Below, in pieces: positions 56,570-64,000 of a stretch of 64,000 nucleotides of DNA (within the stretch, counting starts at the first letter, position 1; the number at the start of each line of letters is the position of its first letter). Location of the stretch: IMG/VR virus record IMGVR_UViG_3300046522_000316, positions 32,001-96,000 of that record; one strand, written 5' to 3'. Source of the DNA: a virus (taxonomy: Duplodnaviria; Caudoviricetes). The notes under the pieces were generated by a model. That model did no database searches, was not told the origin of the DNA, and saw only the letters and a program-made list of their open reading frames with translations. Both the position numbers and the translations under genes were made by a program.

Positions 56570-57205
56570 ATGGCCCGTAAGCGTAAAGCAAAACCGAAGC
56601 CGATCAAGATTGAATTGCCTGTGCCAACGAAGAAACGTATTCGCGTAATGGGCGAAGACATGGGCACAAAGAATTACGCCGTAACGCAAATCGAAGCGTG
56701 GGTGAAAGAGGAAGACGGCAAACGCCGCATGTGCTTTAAAATCATCGGTACAAAGATGATGGAACACATGATTCACGACGTAAAGATTGCACAGCTTGAA
56801 TGCCGTGCGTTTGTCGATGAATACAACCAATTGCCAGCCGTTGATTACATTGCAGCCGAACGCTTTCAGGCCCGGCCCGGTCGCGGTGCTGGAACCACGG
56901 TTGAAGCCATTTCCATGATGCTTGGCGTAATGATGATCCTGCGCCCGGATATTCCAACCGAGTTCTATACGGCTGCAACGTGGAAGAACGAATTCAATCG
57001 GACGCCTGCCGATTTGAAAGAGATGTACGAAGACCTGAAAGTGAAATACAAAGGCAAAGGAATCGTGATTCACCAACTGGATTCGTTCCTTATCGCGCTT
57101 TATCACGCAGCGAAACTATTGCGTGTTCCGGCCTATGATTTCATTCATTCGCATACCGACGAAGAACGACTTTTCAATGTCCTTTCCAAAGCCCCAACCC
57201 TTTAA
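56570..57205 (+). CDS. RuvC-like Holliday junction resolvase
   Basis: MGEDMGTKNYAV (first Asp), AAERFQ (Glu), HQLDSFLIA (C-terminal Asp); AAGGAG RBS. Confidence 0.7.
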   Translation: MARKRKAKPKPIKIELPVPTKKRIRVMGEDMGTKNYAVTQIEAWVKEEDGKRRMCFKIIGTKMMEHMIHDVKIAQLECRAFVDEYNQLPAVDYIAAERFQARPGRGAGTTVEAISMMLGVMMILRPDIPTEFYTAATWKNEFNRTPADLKEMYEDLKVKYKGKGIVIHQLDSFLIALYHAAKLLRVPAYDFIHSHTDEERLFNVLSKAPTL

Positions 57206-57253
57206 ATAATGTAAATACAGACTAATAATCTGGCATTAAAAAGGGCGGGAAAA

Positions 57254-57688
57254 ATGAAGGATATCAAAAACGTTTCGATTGATTTTAAACTGTTTCGGGC
57301 GGGCTTTAGCATCGGCCACAACGACCCGAAAAACCCGTTCCCCGAATCCTTTTTGGAGAACGTGGTGTATGCGCATTTGGATATCGACCGCCTGCGCGAA
57401 GACGATCAGACCCGGCCACACCAGCTGGCGCTGGGCATCGCAGAACGCATGACCAACGTGAAATATATTTACGAATTGTCGGTGGGGAAAATCGAACCGC
57501 CGCAAGAAATCTGGCTGTACAGCGAAATGCTTTCGAAGCATGTTGTGGCGAAACGCATCCTGACCGATATCAAAATGCGCGCAAGTTCGAGCAGCTATTC
57601 GAAATTGCCGGGCGGTGACAAAGAAATGTTGGTGCATCGCATGGTTTTCAATTGCTTCCTCGACGATATCGAGTTTCCGGGTCAGTAA
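57254..57688 (+). CDS. Hypothetical protein
   Basis: Variant motif AATGTAAATA at 57208..57217, ~37 nt upstream. Confidence 0.7.
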   Translation: MKDIKNVSIDFKLFRAGFSIGHNDPKNPFPESFLENVVYAHLDIDRLREDDQTRPHQLALGIAERMTNVKYIYELSVGKIEPPQEIWLYSEMLSKHVVAKRILTDIKMRASSSSYSKLPGGDKEMLVHRMVFNCFLDDIEFPGQ

Positions 57689-58227
57689 TGGCGCACGAAT
57701 GCCCACTGAGCCACTATGCGTTTAAAACGAAATGCCGTGTGACCACTTGTAAATATTACACGGAACAAACGCAACGTCGCTGTATGGCCCTCGATGCTGT
57801 GTTCGCCTCAACGAAAGGCGATCAGGAACAAGGTAAGAAAAAGAAAAAGAAAGACCAGCCAAAAGGTCTGACGGATGTGGAATTGCGATTGCTGAAATTG
57901 CCACACCTGACAAAGCGTGATGTGTTGATTGCCCGCAAAGCTTCGTGCGAACGCGTGTGGGCCGTCGTCGCCTTGTATCACGCGGCCCTCGAAGCAGCCA
58001 GCTATCAAAGTGACGACTTCGCGGAAGAAACACCGATCACCAGAAAAATTGCGGCGCATCCACTTTTTCAAGATCCGGAATTGAAATTGGAACCGTGGAT
58101 GATTCCGATGCTGTTAGACAAAGAGCATATGTCGAAATACGGCAGTCCAAAAATTCACCTACTGTTCGATGTGACCGACAAGGAACTAGAACAGACCTAC
58201 CCTAGCGACGGAGAAACACCTACATGA
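57688..58227 (+). CDS. Hypothetical protein with Cys/His N-terminus and K6 tract
   Basis: TAATG overlap; MAHECPLSH..C..TTC..Y...RRC. Confidence 0.65.
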   Translation: MAHECPLSHYAFKTKCRVTTCKYYTEQTQRRCMALDAVFASTKGDQEQGKKKKKKDQPKGLTDVELRLLKLPHLTKRDVLIARKASCERVWAVVALYHAALEAASYQSDDFAEETPITRKIAAHPLFQDPELKLEPWMIPMLLDKEHMSKYGSPKIHLLFDVTDKELEQTYPSDGETPT

Positions 58228-58865
58228 GCGCCAAGCCACAATCGAAAGCCCTGATGCGTCCCCTTACCGTTACTCAAGCGCTGGTCGATCACAAAGACGA
58301 TCTGGCCCTTTACGTGATGAACCGCACCAAACCAGCAGGCAATATCAACCTGACCGTTTTGGGCGAAGACGGCACGCAACAATCCATCGTGATTCCGAAA
58401 ACTTTCGTGCCTATCGACATGACGCTTTTCGCACCGCGTTCGAACCTGCTGAAAAACAAACATTTCCGTCAGCTGTGCCAGCTGGGCGAAATCGCAATCG
58501 CGCACCCGGACGACGCTGAAGCAGCAATTCAGAACAGCCCGAAAGCGAAGCAGGAAATCCAACGCGTTCTGACCATGAACGCCGGTTCCGATTCTTCGGC
58601 AATGCCGGAAATGTTGGAAATGCGTACCGACGTGGCGCCGCCTGTTCAACAACAAGCGCCGATCCACAACGAAGAATCGTACAGCCCGACGCCGTTTGTT
58701 GCTGGCATCGTGAACCGTGCGCTTCTGGAAGGCGAAGACATGGCCGACCTGATGGACGACATTTCGATGCGCGGCGACGAACTGAGCTTCGACGACCTGA
58801 CCTACATCGCGAACAACGTTGAAGATCAGACGCTGAAAATGTTCATCGCTGACATGATTCCGTAA
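58224..58865 (+). CDS. Hypothetical protein
   Basis: Strong codon bias, followed by a terminator. Confidence 0.7.
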   Translation: MSAKPQSKALMRPLTVTQALVDHKDDLALYVMNRTKPAGNINLTVLGEDGTQQSIVIPKTFVPIDMTLFAPRSNLLKNKHFRQLCQLGEIAIAHPDDAEAAIQNSPKAKQEIQRVLTMNAGSDSSAMPEMLEMRTDVAPPVQQQAPIHNEESYSPTPFVAGIVNRALLEGEDMADLMDDISMRGDELSFDDLTYIANNVEDQTLKMFIADMIP

Positions 58866-58884
58866 TTTTACGGAATTTAGGCAA

Positions 58885-58926
58885 TAAAAAAGGCCGCTCT
58901 CCTAAATGGATTGCGGCCTTTTTTTG
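58885..58926. terminator. Bidirectional terminator between convergent genes
   Basis: AAAAAAGGCCGC...GCGGCCTTTTTTT. Confidence 0.8.
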
Positions 58927-58940
58927 GTTCTGGAACAGGG

Positions 58941-59243
58941 TTACTCGGGGATTTTAATGTCGCGGATTTGTTGGCAGATATCCAACACTGTATTTGGAAG
59001 CGAACCGTTGCGCAGCGCAATCAGCAACGTGACGTTGCGTTTGATCCCTTCGTGAATTCCGGTAATCATGTCGAACGCGAAAGCTTCGGTTACATCCTCA
59101 TGGAAACCAACGAACTGTGCGGGCGCGTGGCCGTAGTTGAATTCGTCGTAAAGTTTACGCATGACTTCCATGTGTTTTTCCATGGCAAGCACCAGCTGCC
59201 GTTTCGTGGCGTCGGTGACAAGCCGTTGTTTTGCTTCGCTCAT
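58941..59243 (-). CDS. Hypothetical protein
   Basis: ORF downstream of primase. Confidence 0.65.
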   Translation of the reverse strand: MSEAKQRLVTDATKRQLVLAMEKHMEVMRKLYDEFNYGHAPAQFVGFHEDVTEAFAFDMITGIHEGIKRNVTLLIALRNGSLPNTVLDICQQIRDIKIPE

Positions 59244-59252
59244 AAATCCCCC

Positions 59253-59570
59253 TTAAACAATTCCGATACGGTATTCGATACGCTTGGCGCAGGTCAGCAC
59301 ACGGTTTTTGAAACTGCCGTGGCGCAACGTCTGGAGCAATTCGAAATTCGCGTTGATAGATTTTTCCAACGCAATCACGCTGACCAGCGCGTCGGCCTCG
59401 GTCATGTCGCCTTCGAAGCCCGACACACCACGCAGCGAACTCCAATCACCTACGCCGAATTCTTCCATTAAGGCGCGTTCGATTTCATCATCCTTGCGCG
59501 ACAGCTTGTTCAGCGCTTCCATGATTTCGTTGTCAGCCAGCGGGATTTGATTCAGTGGGCCAAAATTCAT
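59253..59570 (-). CDS. Hypothetical protein
   Basis: ATGA-coupled to primase. Confidence 0.65.
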   Translation of the reverse strand: MNFGPLNQIPLADNEIMEALNKLSRKDDEIERALMEEFGVGDWSSLRGVSGFEGDMTEADALVSVIALEKSINANFELLQTLRHGSFKNRVLTCAKRIEYRIGIV

Positions 59571-60691
59571 TTCTGTTTAATCCTCTTCGGTTTCTTTTCC
59601 ATGGACAGCTTCGGGAATTCCTTGCTGGTTTTCTCGATAGCCTTCACTTTCTTTTTCTTGGCCGGTGCCGAGGCTTCGACCTTTTTCACTTTCTTTTTCT
59701 TCGGCTTTTCTTCTTGACCGTAGGCGTAGACAATATCCTTCACCTTGTCGATCAGCTTCTGCGGTGCGGCGTCCGGGTCAAGCTTGATCAGATTGCCTTC
59801 GTCGTCATACTTGCACGGCAATTTCAGTTCTTCGAAATCCAGTTGGCCGTCACAGAAACTTTCGACCAGACGCGCCATCTGCTTACCGGCTTTGTCGTTA
59901 TCCGTCAGCGTGTAAACCTTCGTGATGCCAAGGCCTTGCAGCAGCATCAATTTACGCGGGCCGAACATTTTCGAACCGAGAATTGCACAGGCCGGGATTT
60001 TATTCAGCACCAGACGCAGCCAGTCACGCGGGCCTTCACACAGCACCACCGCTTTGCATCCGAACAAATCATGCTTGCGAATAAAATCGTAACCGAGCAA
60101 ACCGTAGTCCATTACCCAATCACCTTTGGTGTTGATATAGGACAATCCGGTTTCCTGTTTTTCCATCAACGCTTTAACGCCGCCCTTGTACCGGCCATTA
60201 ATGTAAATAGGAAGAGCAAGCAGAACGTCTTCGCGTTGATCCTCACTGAACATGTGACCATTCACGCGTTCAATCATTGTGCCGGGATATCCGCGCCAAT
60301 CTTTTTCCTTGGGCCACGGAATTACCGCGCCGCCCAATTCTTCGTAGAGTCGCCCGATGGAACGGTTATTCGTATTTTCTCTTTCTTTCTTTTTCCGGTT
60401 GTATCGTGCCCGGTCGCCAGCAGTTGATCCGTTGAAGAATTGCCATTTTTTCAGCTGCTGTAAATCAAGCTTAGCCGCCAGCTTGTTCCACGGCCCCGAT
60501 TCACCACACGACCAACAGTTAAACGTTCCTACAGGCACCCGCGCTTCTAGGCTGATGTTAATGCCGAGCGATGGGTTACTGTCTTCGTGGAACGGACAAA
60601 CGATTTCGAACGTGGTTGTTTTGAATCTGGTTGGGCCTTGGATTTTTTCTAGTTCGGCCATGATGACCGTGAAGGCATCATCAAGTTTCAT
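59567..60691 (-). CDS. dnaG: DnaG-type DNA primase
   Basis: CHC2 Zn finger CPFHEDSNPSL...CWSCG; TOPRIM LCEGPRD...TDNDKAG; Lys-rich C-terminal tail. Confidence 0.9.
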   Translation of the reverse strand: MKLDDAFTVIMAELEKIQGPTRFKTTTFEIVCPFHEDSNPSLGINISLEARVPVGTFNCWSCGESGPWNKLAAKLDLQQLKKWQFFNGSTAGDRARYNRKKKERENTNNRSIGRLYEELGGAVIPWPKEKDWRGYPGTMIERVNGHMFSEDQREDVLLALPIYINGRYKGGVKALMEKQETGLSYINTKGDWVMDYGLLGYDFIRKHDLFGCKAVVLCEGPRDWLRLVLNKIPACAILGSKMFGPRKLMLLQGLGITKVYTLTDNDKAGKQMARLVESFCDGQLDFEELKLPCKYDDEGNLIKLDPDAAPQKLIDKVKDIVYAYGQEEKPKKKKVKKVEASAPAKKKKVKAIEKTSKEFPKLSMEKKPKRIKQK

Positions 60692-60725
60692 TTAATCGAC
60701 CTCAAGAATACCAATTTAATAGTAT

Positions 60726-60735
60726 CATTTACAGT
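60726..60735 (-). promoter_or_regulatory. ACTGTAAATG variant motif, putative phage promoter
   Basis: ~35 nt upstream of the primase start in the divergent gap. Confidence 0.55.
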
Positions 60736-60748
60736 TACTGGGGCGCCT

Positions 60749-61915
60749 GTGTTTAAGGATATTGCGAGCCGTATAAAAAAGGAAAGACGGTCAGTGCATA
60801 TCGAATCGCACTTAGGCCAAGTCTATGCGCAGATAATGGATAGCAACATTATCACGCCGAATGGTCGCGGGCCGGAATACCGCCCGTCCTCCTTTCCAAT
60901 TTGTCCAATCCTCGTTCACATGCAGTTTTTGCAAGCGGCGGAAAACGGATTCTATCAATCGAACATGACAGCAGGCGGCGGGTATTTCACAACCGTCGGA
61001 ACTGCTGCGCACGAAAACATTCAGTATTACATGGGGCAGACACGGAAAGTTTTCGGTGATTGGAAATGCCGGAACAGCAAGTGTCAGAAGCACCACGACG
61101 CCCGCGATCTTTACGACGAAAAAGGCGTGATGTACCGCAAAGGGAAGCTGACGACAAAAAACACCACGAACAACCTGTGCCCGGATTGCGGCATCGCTTG
61201 TGAGTATGTGGAAAAATGCATTGATTACTTCGGCCTGAAAGGTCACATCGACTGCATTTATGAAATGCCCGATGGCACGTACTGGGTTCTCGACTACAAG
61301 ACGACCACCAAAGGTCTGATGGAAGGGAACAAACTTCCGAAGCGTGAACACTTGATGCAGGTTCCGACGTACTGCTACGTGTTGGAAAAGAAATACAAAA
61401 TGAAAATCTCCGGATTCTCATTGCTGTACCTCAGTCGCGACAACCCGTATCAGTTCAAAGAGAAAGCCGAACGCTGGGGCGAGCGCCGTCGCAACGAAAC
61501 GAAAAAACTGATCATCCAGCAGAAGAAAATCTACCGGTCTGCTGTGAACAGTTTTATTCAGAACAAACCGGAACTCGCGATCAAGTGCAAACCGTGCAAA
61601 GCGCCAGACGATTACGAACGTTTGATGCCTGCGTATGAGGCGTGCCCGATGGAAAAGGTCTGCTTTAATAAACGCAGCCTGACCGACAACATGCTGCACG
61701 CACTGCAACCGGAAAAACTGATCAAAGTTCTGAACATCACCAACAACATGGAAAACTATGTTGAGCCTGAAGTGCTGTCGGTGCTGAAGAAACTTTGCGA
61801 CAAGCCGAAGAAATTGAAAAAGAAATCTAGCGCGTCTGACACCGACCTCAAACTGCCGTCGGCCAAGGCGAAAAAGAAAAAGCCTTCTAAACCTTTGAGG
61901 TTGACCAAGAAATGA
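60749..61915 (+). CDS. Cas4-like PD-(D/E)xK exonuclease
   Basis: RPSSFPICP, GTAAH, GHIDCI...LDYKT, QVPTY, C-terminal C..C...C...C; no CRISPR array nearby. Confidence 0.8.
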   Translation: MFKDIASRIKKERRSVHIESHLGQVYAQIMDSNIITPNGRGPEYRPSSFPICPILVHMQFLQAAENGFYQSNMTAGGGYFTTVGTAAHENIQYYMGQTRKVFGDWKCRNSKCQKHHDARDLYDEKGVMYRKGKLTTKNTTNNLCPDCGIACEYVEKCIDYFGLKGHIDCIYEMPDGTYWVLDYKTTTKGLMEGNKLPKREHLMQVPTYCYVLEKKYKMKISGFSLLYLSRDNPYQFKEKAERWGERRRNETKKLIIQQKKIYRSAVNSFIQNKPELAIKCKPCKAPDDYERLMPAYEACPMEKVCFNKRSLTDNMLHALQPEKLIKVLNITNNMENYVEPEVLSVLKKLCDKPKKLKKKSSASDTDLKLPSAKAKKKKPSKPLRLTKK

Positions 61916-62619
61916 AAATCACCATTAGCGTGAAACCGAAAGTGGTTGCGACCGCTGGCACGTACAGCGCACCCGATATGGGCGCCGCCGAACAGATGCA
62001 ATACTCTGACGAAGAACTGGCCGAGCGTGACCGCGAAGAAAAAGCGCGTGAGGAAGTAGCGGCGGAAGAGGAACGGAAAAAAGCTGCCGAGAAACAGAAA
62101 AAAGACGCAGCAAAAGCTCCGCAAACTCCGAAAGAATCTGGCGAGTCCGGCACCGATGGCGACAAATCGGATGATGATTCTGAAGAGGAAGAGGACGAAG
62201 AATCTGACGACGATGATTCTGAAGACGATGATTCTGAAGACGACGACTCCGAAGAAAGCGACGATGACGACTCCGAGGATGATGATTCCGAAGAGGAAGA
62301 GGACGACGATGACGACGGCGACGAAGAGGCCACCGCAGCGAGCAAGCTGCCTTATCCGGAAGCACAAACGAATCGTAAAGTTCCTGATTTGATTCCGGCA
62401 GAAACAGCGGAAAAAGTCGTTGATCCTGAAGTGCAAAAGGAACAGGACGAAATCCGCGAAAGTGAAGCAGCGAAAAGCCGTCCGCTTTCCAAAGACGATC
62501 CGAACAACAAAGCGGCACAAGGTAAAAAGCTGGATAAAGACAACGGGAATACTTTGGTTGCTACGGCATCCTCGGAATTCGGCCTGCCTTATCCAGATGT
62601 GAAGATGCGCAATCGTTAA
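61912..62619 (+). CDS. Highly acidic low-complexity protein
   Basis: Central (DDDSE)n / poly-D/E tract at ~62170..62330. Confidence 0.75.
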   Translation: MKITISVKPKVVATAGTYSAPDMGAAEQMQYSDEELAERDREEKAREEVAAEEERKKAAEKQKKDAAKAPQTPKESGESGTDGDKSDDDSEEEEDEESDDDDSEDDDSEDDDSEESDDDDSEDDDSEEEEDDDDDGDEEATAASKLPYPEAQTNRKVPDLIPAETAEKVVDPEVQKEQDEIRESEAAKSRPLSKDDPNNKAAQGKKLDKDNGNTLVATASSEFGLPYPDVKMRNR

Positions 62620-62625
62620 ACGAAT

Positions 62626-62661
62626 AGGCCGTGATTAGGGATTCCCTTTTCGCGGCTTTTT
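62626..62661 (+). terminator. Probable terminator
   Basis: GGCCGTGA...TCGCGGCT followed by TTTT. Confidence 0.6.
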
Positions 62662-62675
62662 CGTTTCCGGGCAAT

Positions 62676-62685
62676 ACTGTAAATA
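62676..62685 (+). promoter_or_regulatory. ACTGTAAATA motif, putative phage promoter
   Basis: Immediately after the terminator, 26 nt upstream of 62711. Confidence 0.65.
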
Positions 62686-62710
62686 ACAGATATACCTATA
62701 AGCTCATGGT

Positions 62711-63235
62711 GTGTGCATGCCTTACTTCACCGAATACCATTTGATTAAAGATCATTACGGCGACCGCGTAGCCGAACGCAGCGGCGTGCCACTGATGCAA
62801 CACATTGACGAAGGCCTTTTGATTCTGAATTGGTTGGGCGCAGCGGATTACATTAAGGGCGCGTACTGCCTGCATCCGCTGATTCAAAACGACAACGATT
62901 ATCGCAAAAACCTTGATGCCCTTATGTCTAACGAACGTATGGGCATTTCTGCGTTTCAGCTGGCTTTGGCCTACCGTAGACAGGCGAACGCCTACCTGTG
63001 CAAACCGGCTACTGACGATTGGACGCAGGACGAAATCAGCGAAGCGGTTGGAATCCTTTTGGAAGACATGCGCTTTATGCTGATCGCAGACAAAGTGCAG
63101 AACAAAAAAGATTTCATGCTTCACCACCACGGTTCCCATGCGCGCTCTGATCAGTTGCTGCGTTACTTCGACCAGTGGATGGAATATCTCAATTTCGATT
63201 ATGAAGTGGGCAAGGAGATTATCTATGCTGGCTGA
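62711..63235 (+). CDS. HD-domain-like phosphohydrolase (variant)
   Basis: LMQHIDEG...AYCLHPL...LIADKVQN mirrors the RelA/SpoT-type HD layout (H...HD...ADKLHN) but with HP in place of HD. Confidence 0.45.
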   Translation: MCMPYFTEYHLIKDHYGDRVAERSGVPLMQHIDEGLLILNWLGAADYIKGAYCLHPLIQNDNDYRKNLDALMSNERMGISAFQLALAYRRQANAYLCKPATDDWTQDEISEAVGILLEDMRFMLIADKVQNKKDFMLHHHGSHARSDQLLRYFDQWMEYLNFDYEVGKEIIYAG

Positions 63236-63602
63236 TTTGATTAGCGGTGACGATTTGCTGGGCAACAATCACACCCGCCGCAAATTCCAAAGCACGGTCG
63301 CAGAATTCAAACGCGACGAACGCAAAGCAACGGTTTCCGGTTTTCATTTCCACCACCACCACGTCGTTGAACTGCACGGCGGGCGCTGGCTGATCTGCGT
63401 TAAAAACGAAGCCGGTGAAGCCTTGCTTTTCGAAGCAGAAGCAGACGGCACGAAACAGGTTGTGTTGGCCGATGGTAATTACACAGATTATCAGGGCATG
63501 TTGAACGAAGCGCGGGCGCATCTGCGTTGCCACATTGCTGCAAAGGCCACACGCAAACGTGCAGCAGCCGAGCGGAAACCCCGAGTAAAGAAAAATGCGT
63601 AA
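63225..63602 (+). CDS. Hypothetical protein
   Basis: AAGGAG RBS, start MLADLISG. Confidence 0.65.
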   Translation: MLADLISGDDLLGNNHTRRKFQSTVAEFKRDERKATVSGFHFHHHHVVELHGGRWLICVKNEAGEALLFEAEADGTKQVVLADGNYTDYQGMLNEARAHLRCHIAAKATRKRAAAERKPRVKKNA

Positions 63603-64000
63603 GCCCGGAAAGTTGCGTTGGTATCAGGCGACGTATCTAGGAAGCGATGATGTTTTTGAGGTTCATCGTTTCCCTGCTGAAAAAGATCCGCAGCGCAGCC
63701 CGTACCCGGCCATCACCAGCATGAACTGGTTTCGGGAACGTGAATACACGGAAAACATTTTCGTGGATATCGAACCGCTGCTGTGCGTGCTGAAAATGGA
63801 AGCTGTGCGAAAAGTCCGTGCGCCTGACTACGTGTATTCGTACCATGCTGATCCGCATTTCTTTCACGAATCTTTGTGGGCGTTTTATGATGCCATCGGC
63901 TACGACCGCAAGAAAAAGAAATGGGGCGTTCGTCCGATCCCCGGCCCTGCACTGACGCCAGCACAGCTGGATGAAATCTGCACCAATTTGGATGCTGATT
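63595..64000 (+). CDS. Hypothetical protein, partial (runs off window end)
   Basis: Hand translation MRKPGKLRWYQATYLGSDDVFEVHRF... open to 64000. Confidence 0.65.
   Translation, partial: MRKPGKLRWYQATYLGSDDVFEVHRFPAEKDPQRSPYPAITSMNWFREREYTENIFVDIEPLLCVLKMEAVRKVRAPDYVYSYHADPHFFHESLWAFYDAIGYDRKKKKWGVRPIPGPALTPAQLDEICTNLDAD

Noticed and set aside
60749-62619. CRISPR locus next to the Cas4-like gene
   Set aside because: Nearby repeats are coding D/E codon repeats, not repeat-spacer arrays; no cas1 or cas2.
1-64000. Phage nucleus (chimallin/PhuZ) or multisubunit RNA polymerase genes
   Set aside because: No recognisable motifs in this window; absence elsewhere in the genome cannot be judged.

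Overview
Gene-dense 64 kb segment of a large lytic myovirus (jumbo-phage type) genome. Most genes are on the minus strand up to about 56.5 kb, then orientation is mixed. It holds a tail sheath and Ig-domain fibre genes, and a replication/recombination set: family A DNA polymerase with an N-terminal UDG-like domain, beta-clamp-like protein, gamma/tau clamp loader, DnaG primase, SF2 helicase, SbcC and SbcD, RuvC-like resolvase and Cas4-like exonuclease. It also encodes a 2026-aa SNF2-type ATPase and many small hypothetical genes. The gene set resembles my recollection of Y3/Alexandra/Lu11/RSL1-type jumbo myoviruses (inference, not checked). No tRNA, rRNA, CRISPR array, integrase or transposase was seen. 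Main observations: (1) a possible phage chromatin-like module made of an H1/AT-hook protein, a membrane protein sharing a 21-aa motif with it, a giant SNF2 ATPase, a D/E-rich acidic protein, and poly-Lys tails on many DNA enzymes; (2) a two-gene operon pairing an apparently ATPase-dead DnaC-like protein with a J-domain (HPD) protein; (3) a 616-bp non-coding region with a cluster of C-GDA-G triloop DNA hairpins (candidate origin); (4) a recurring ACTGTAAATA promoter-like motif; (5) two small genes that appear to carry portal-protein fragments. All functional calls come from reading motifs by eye; no searches were run.
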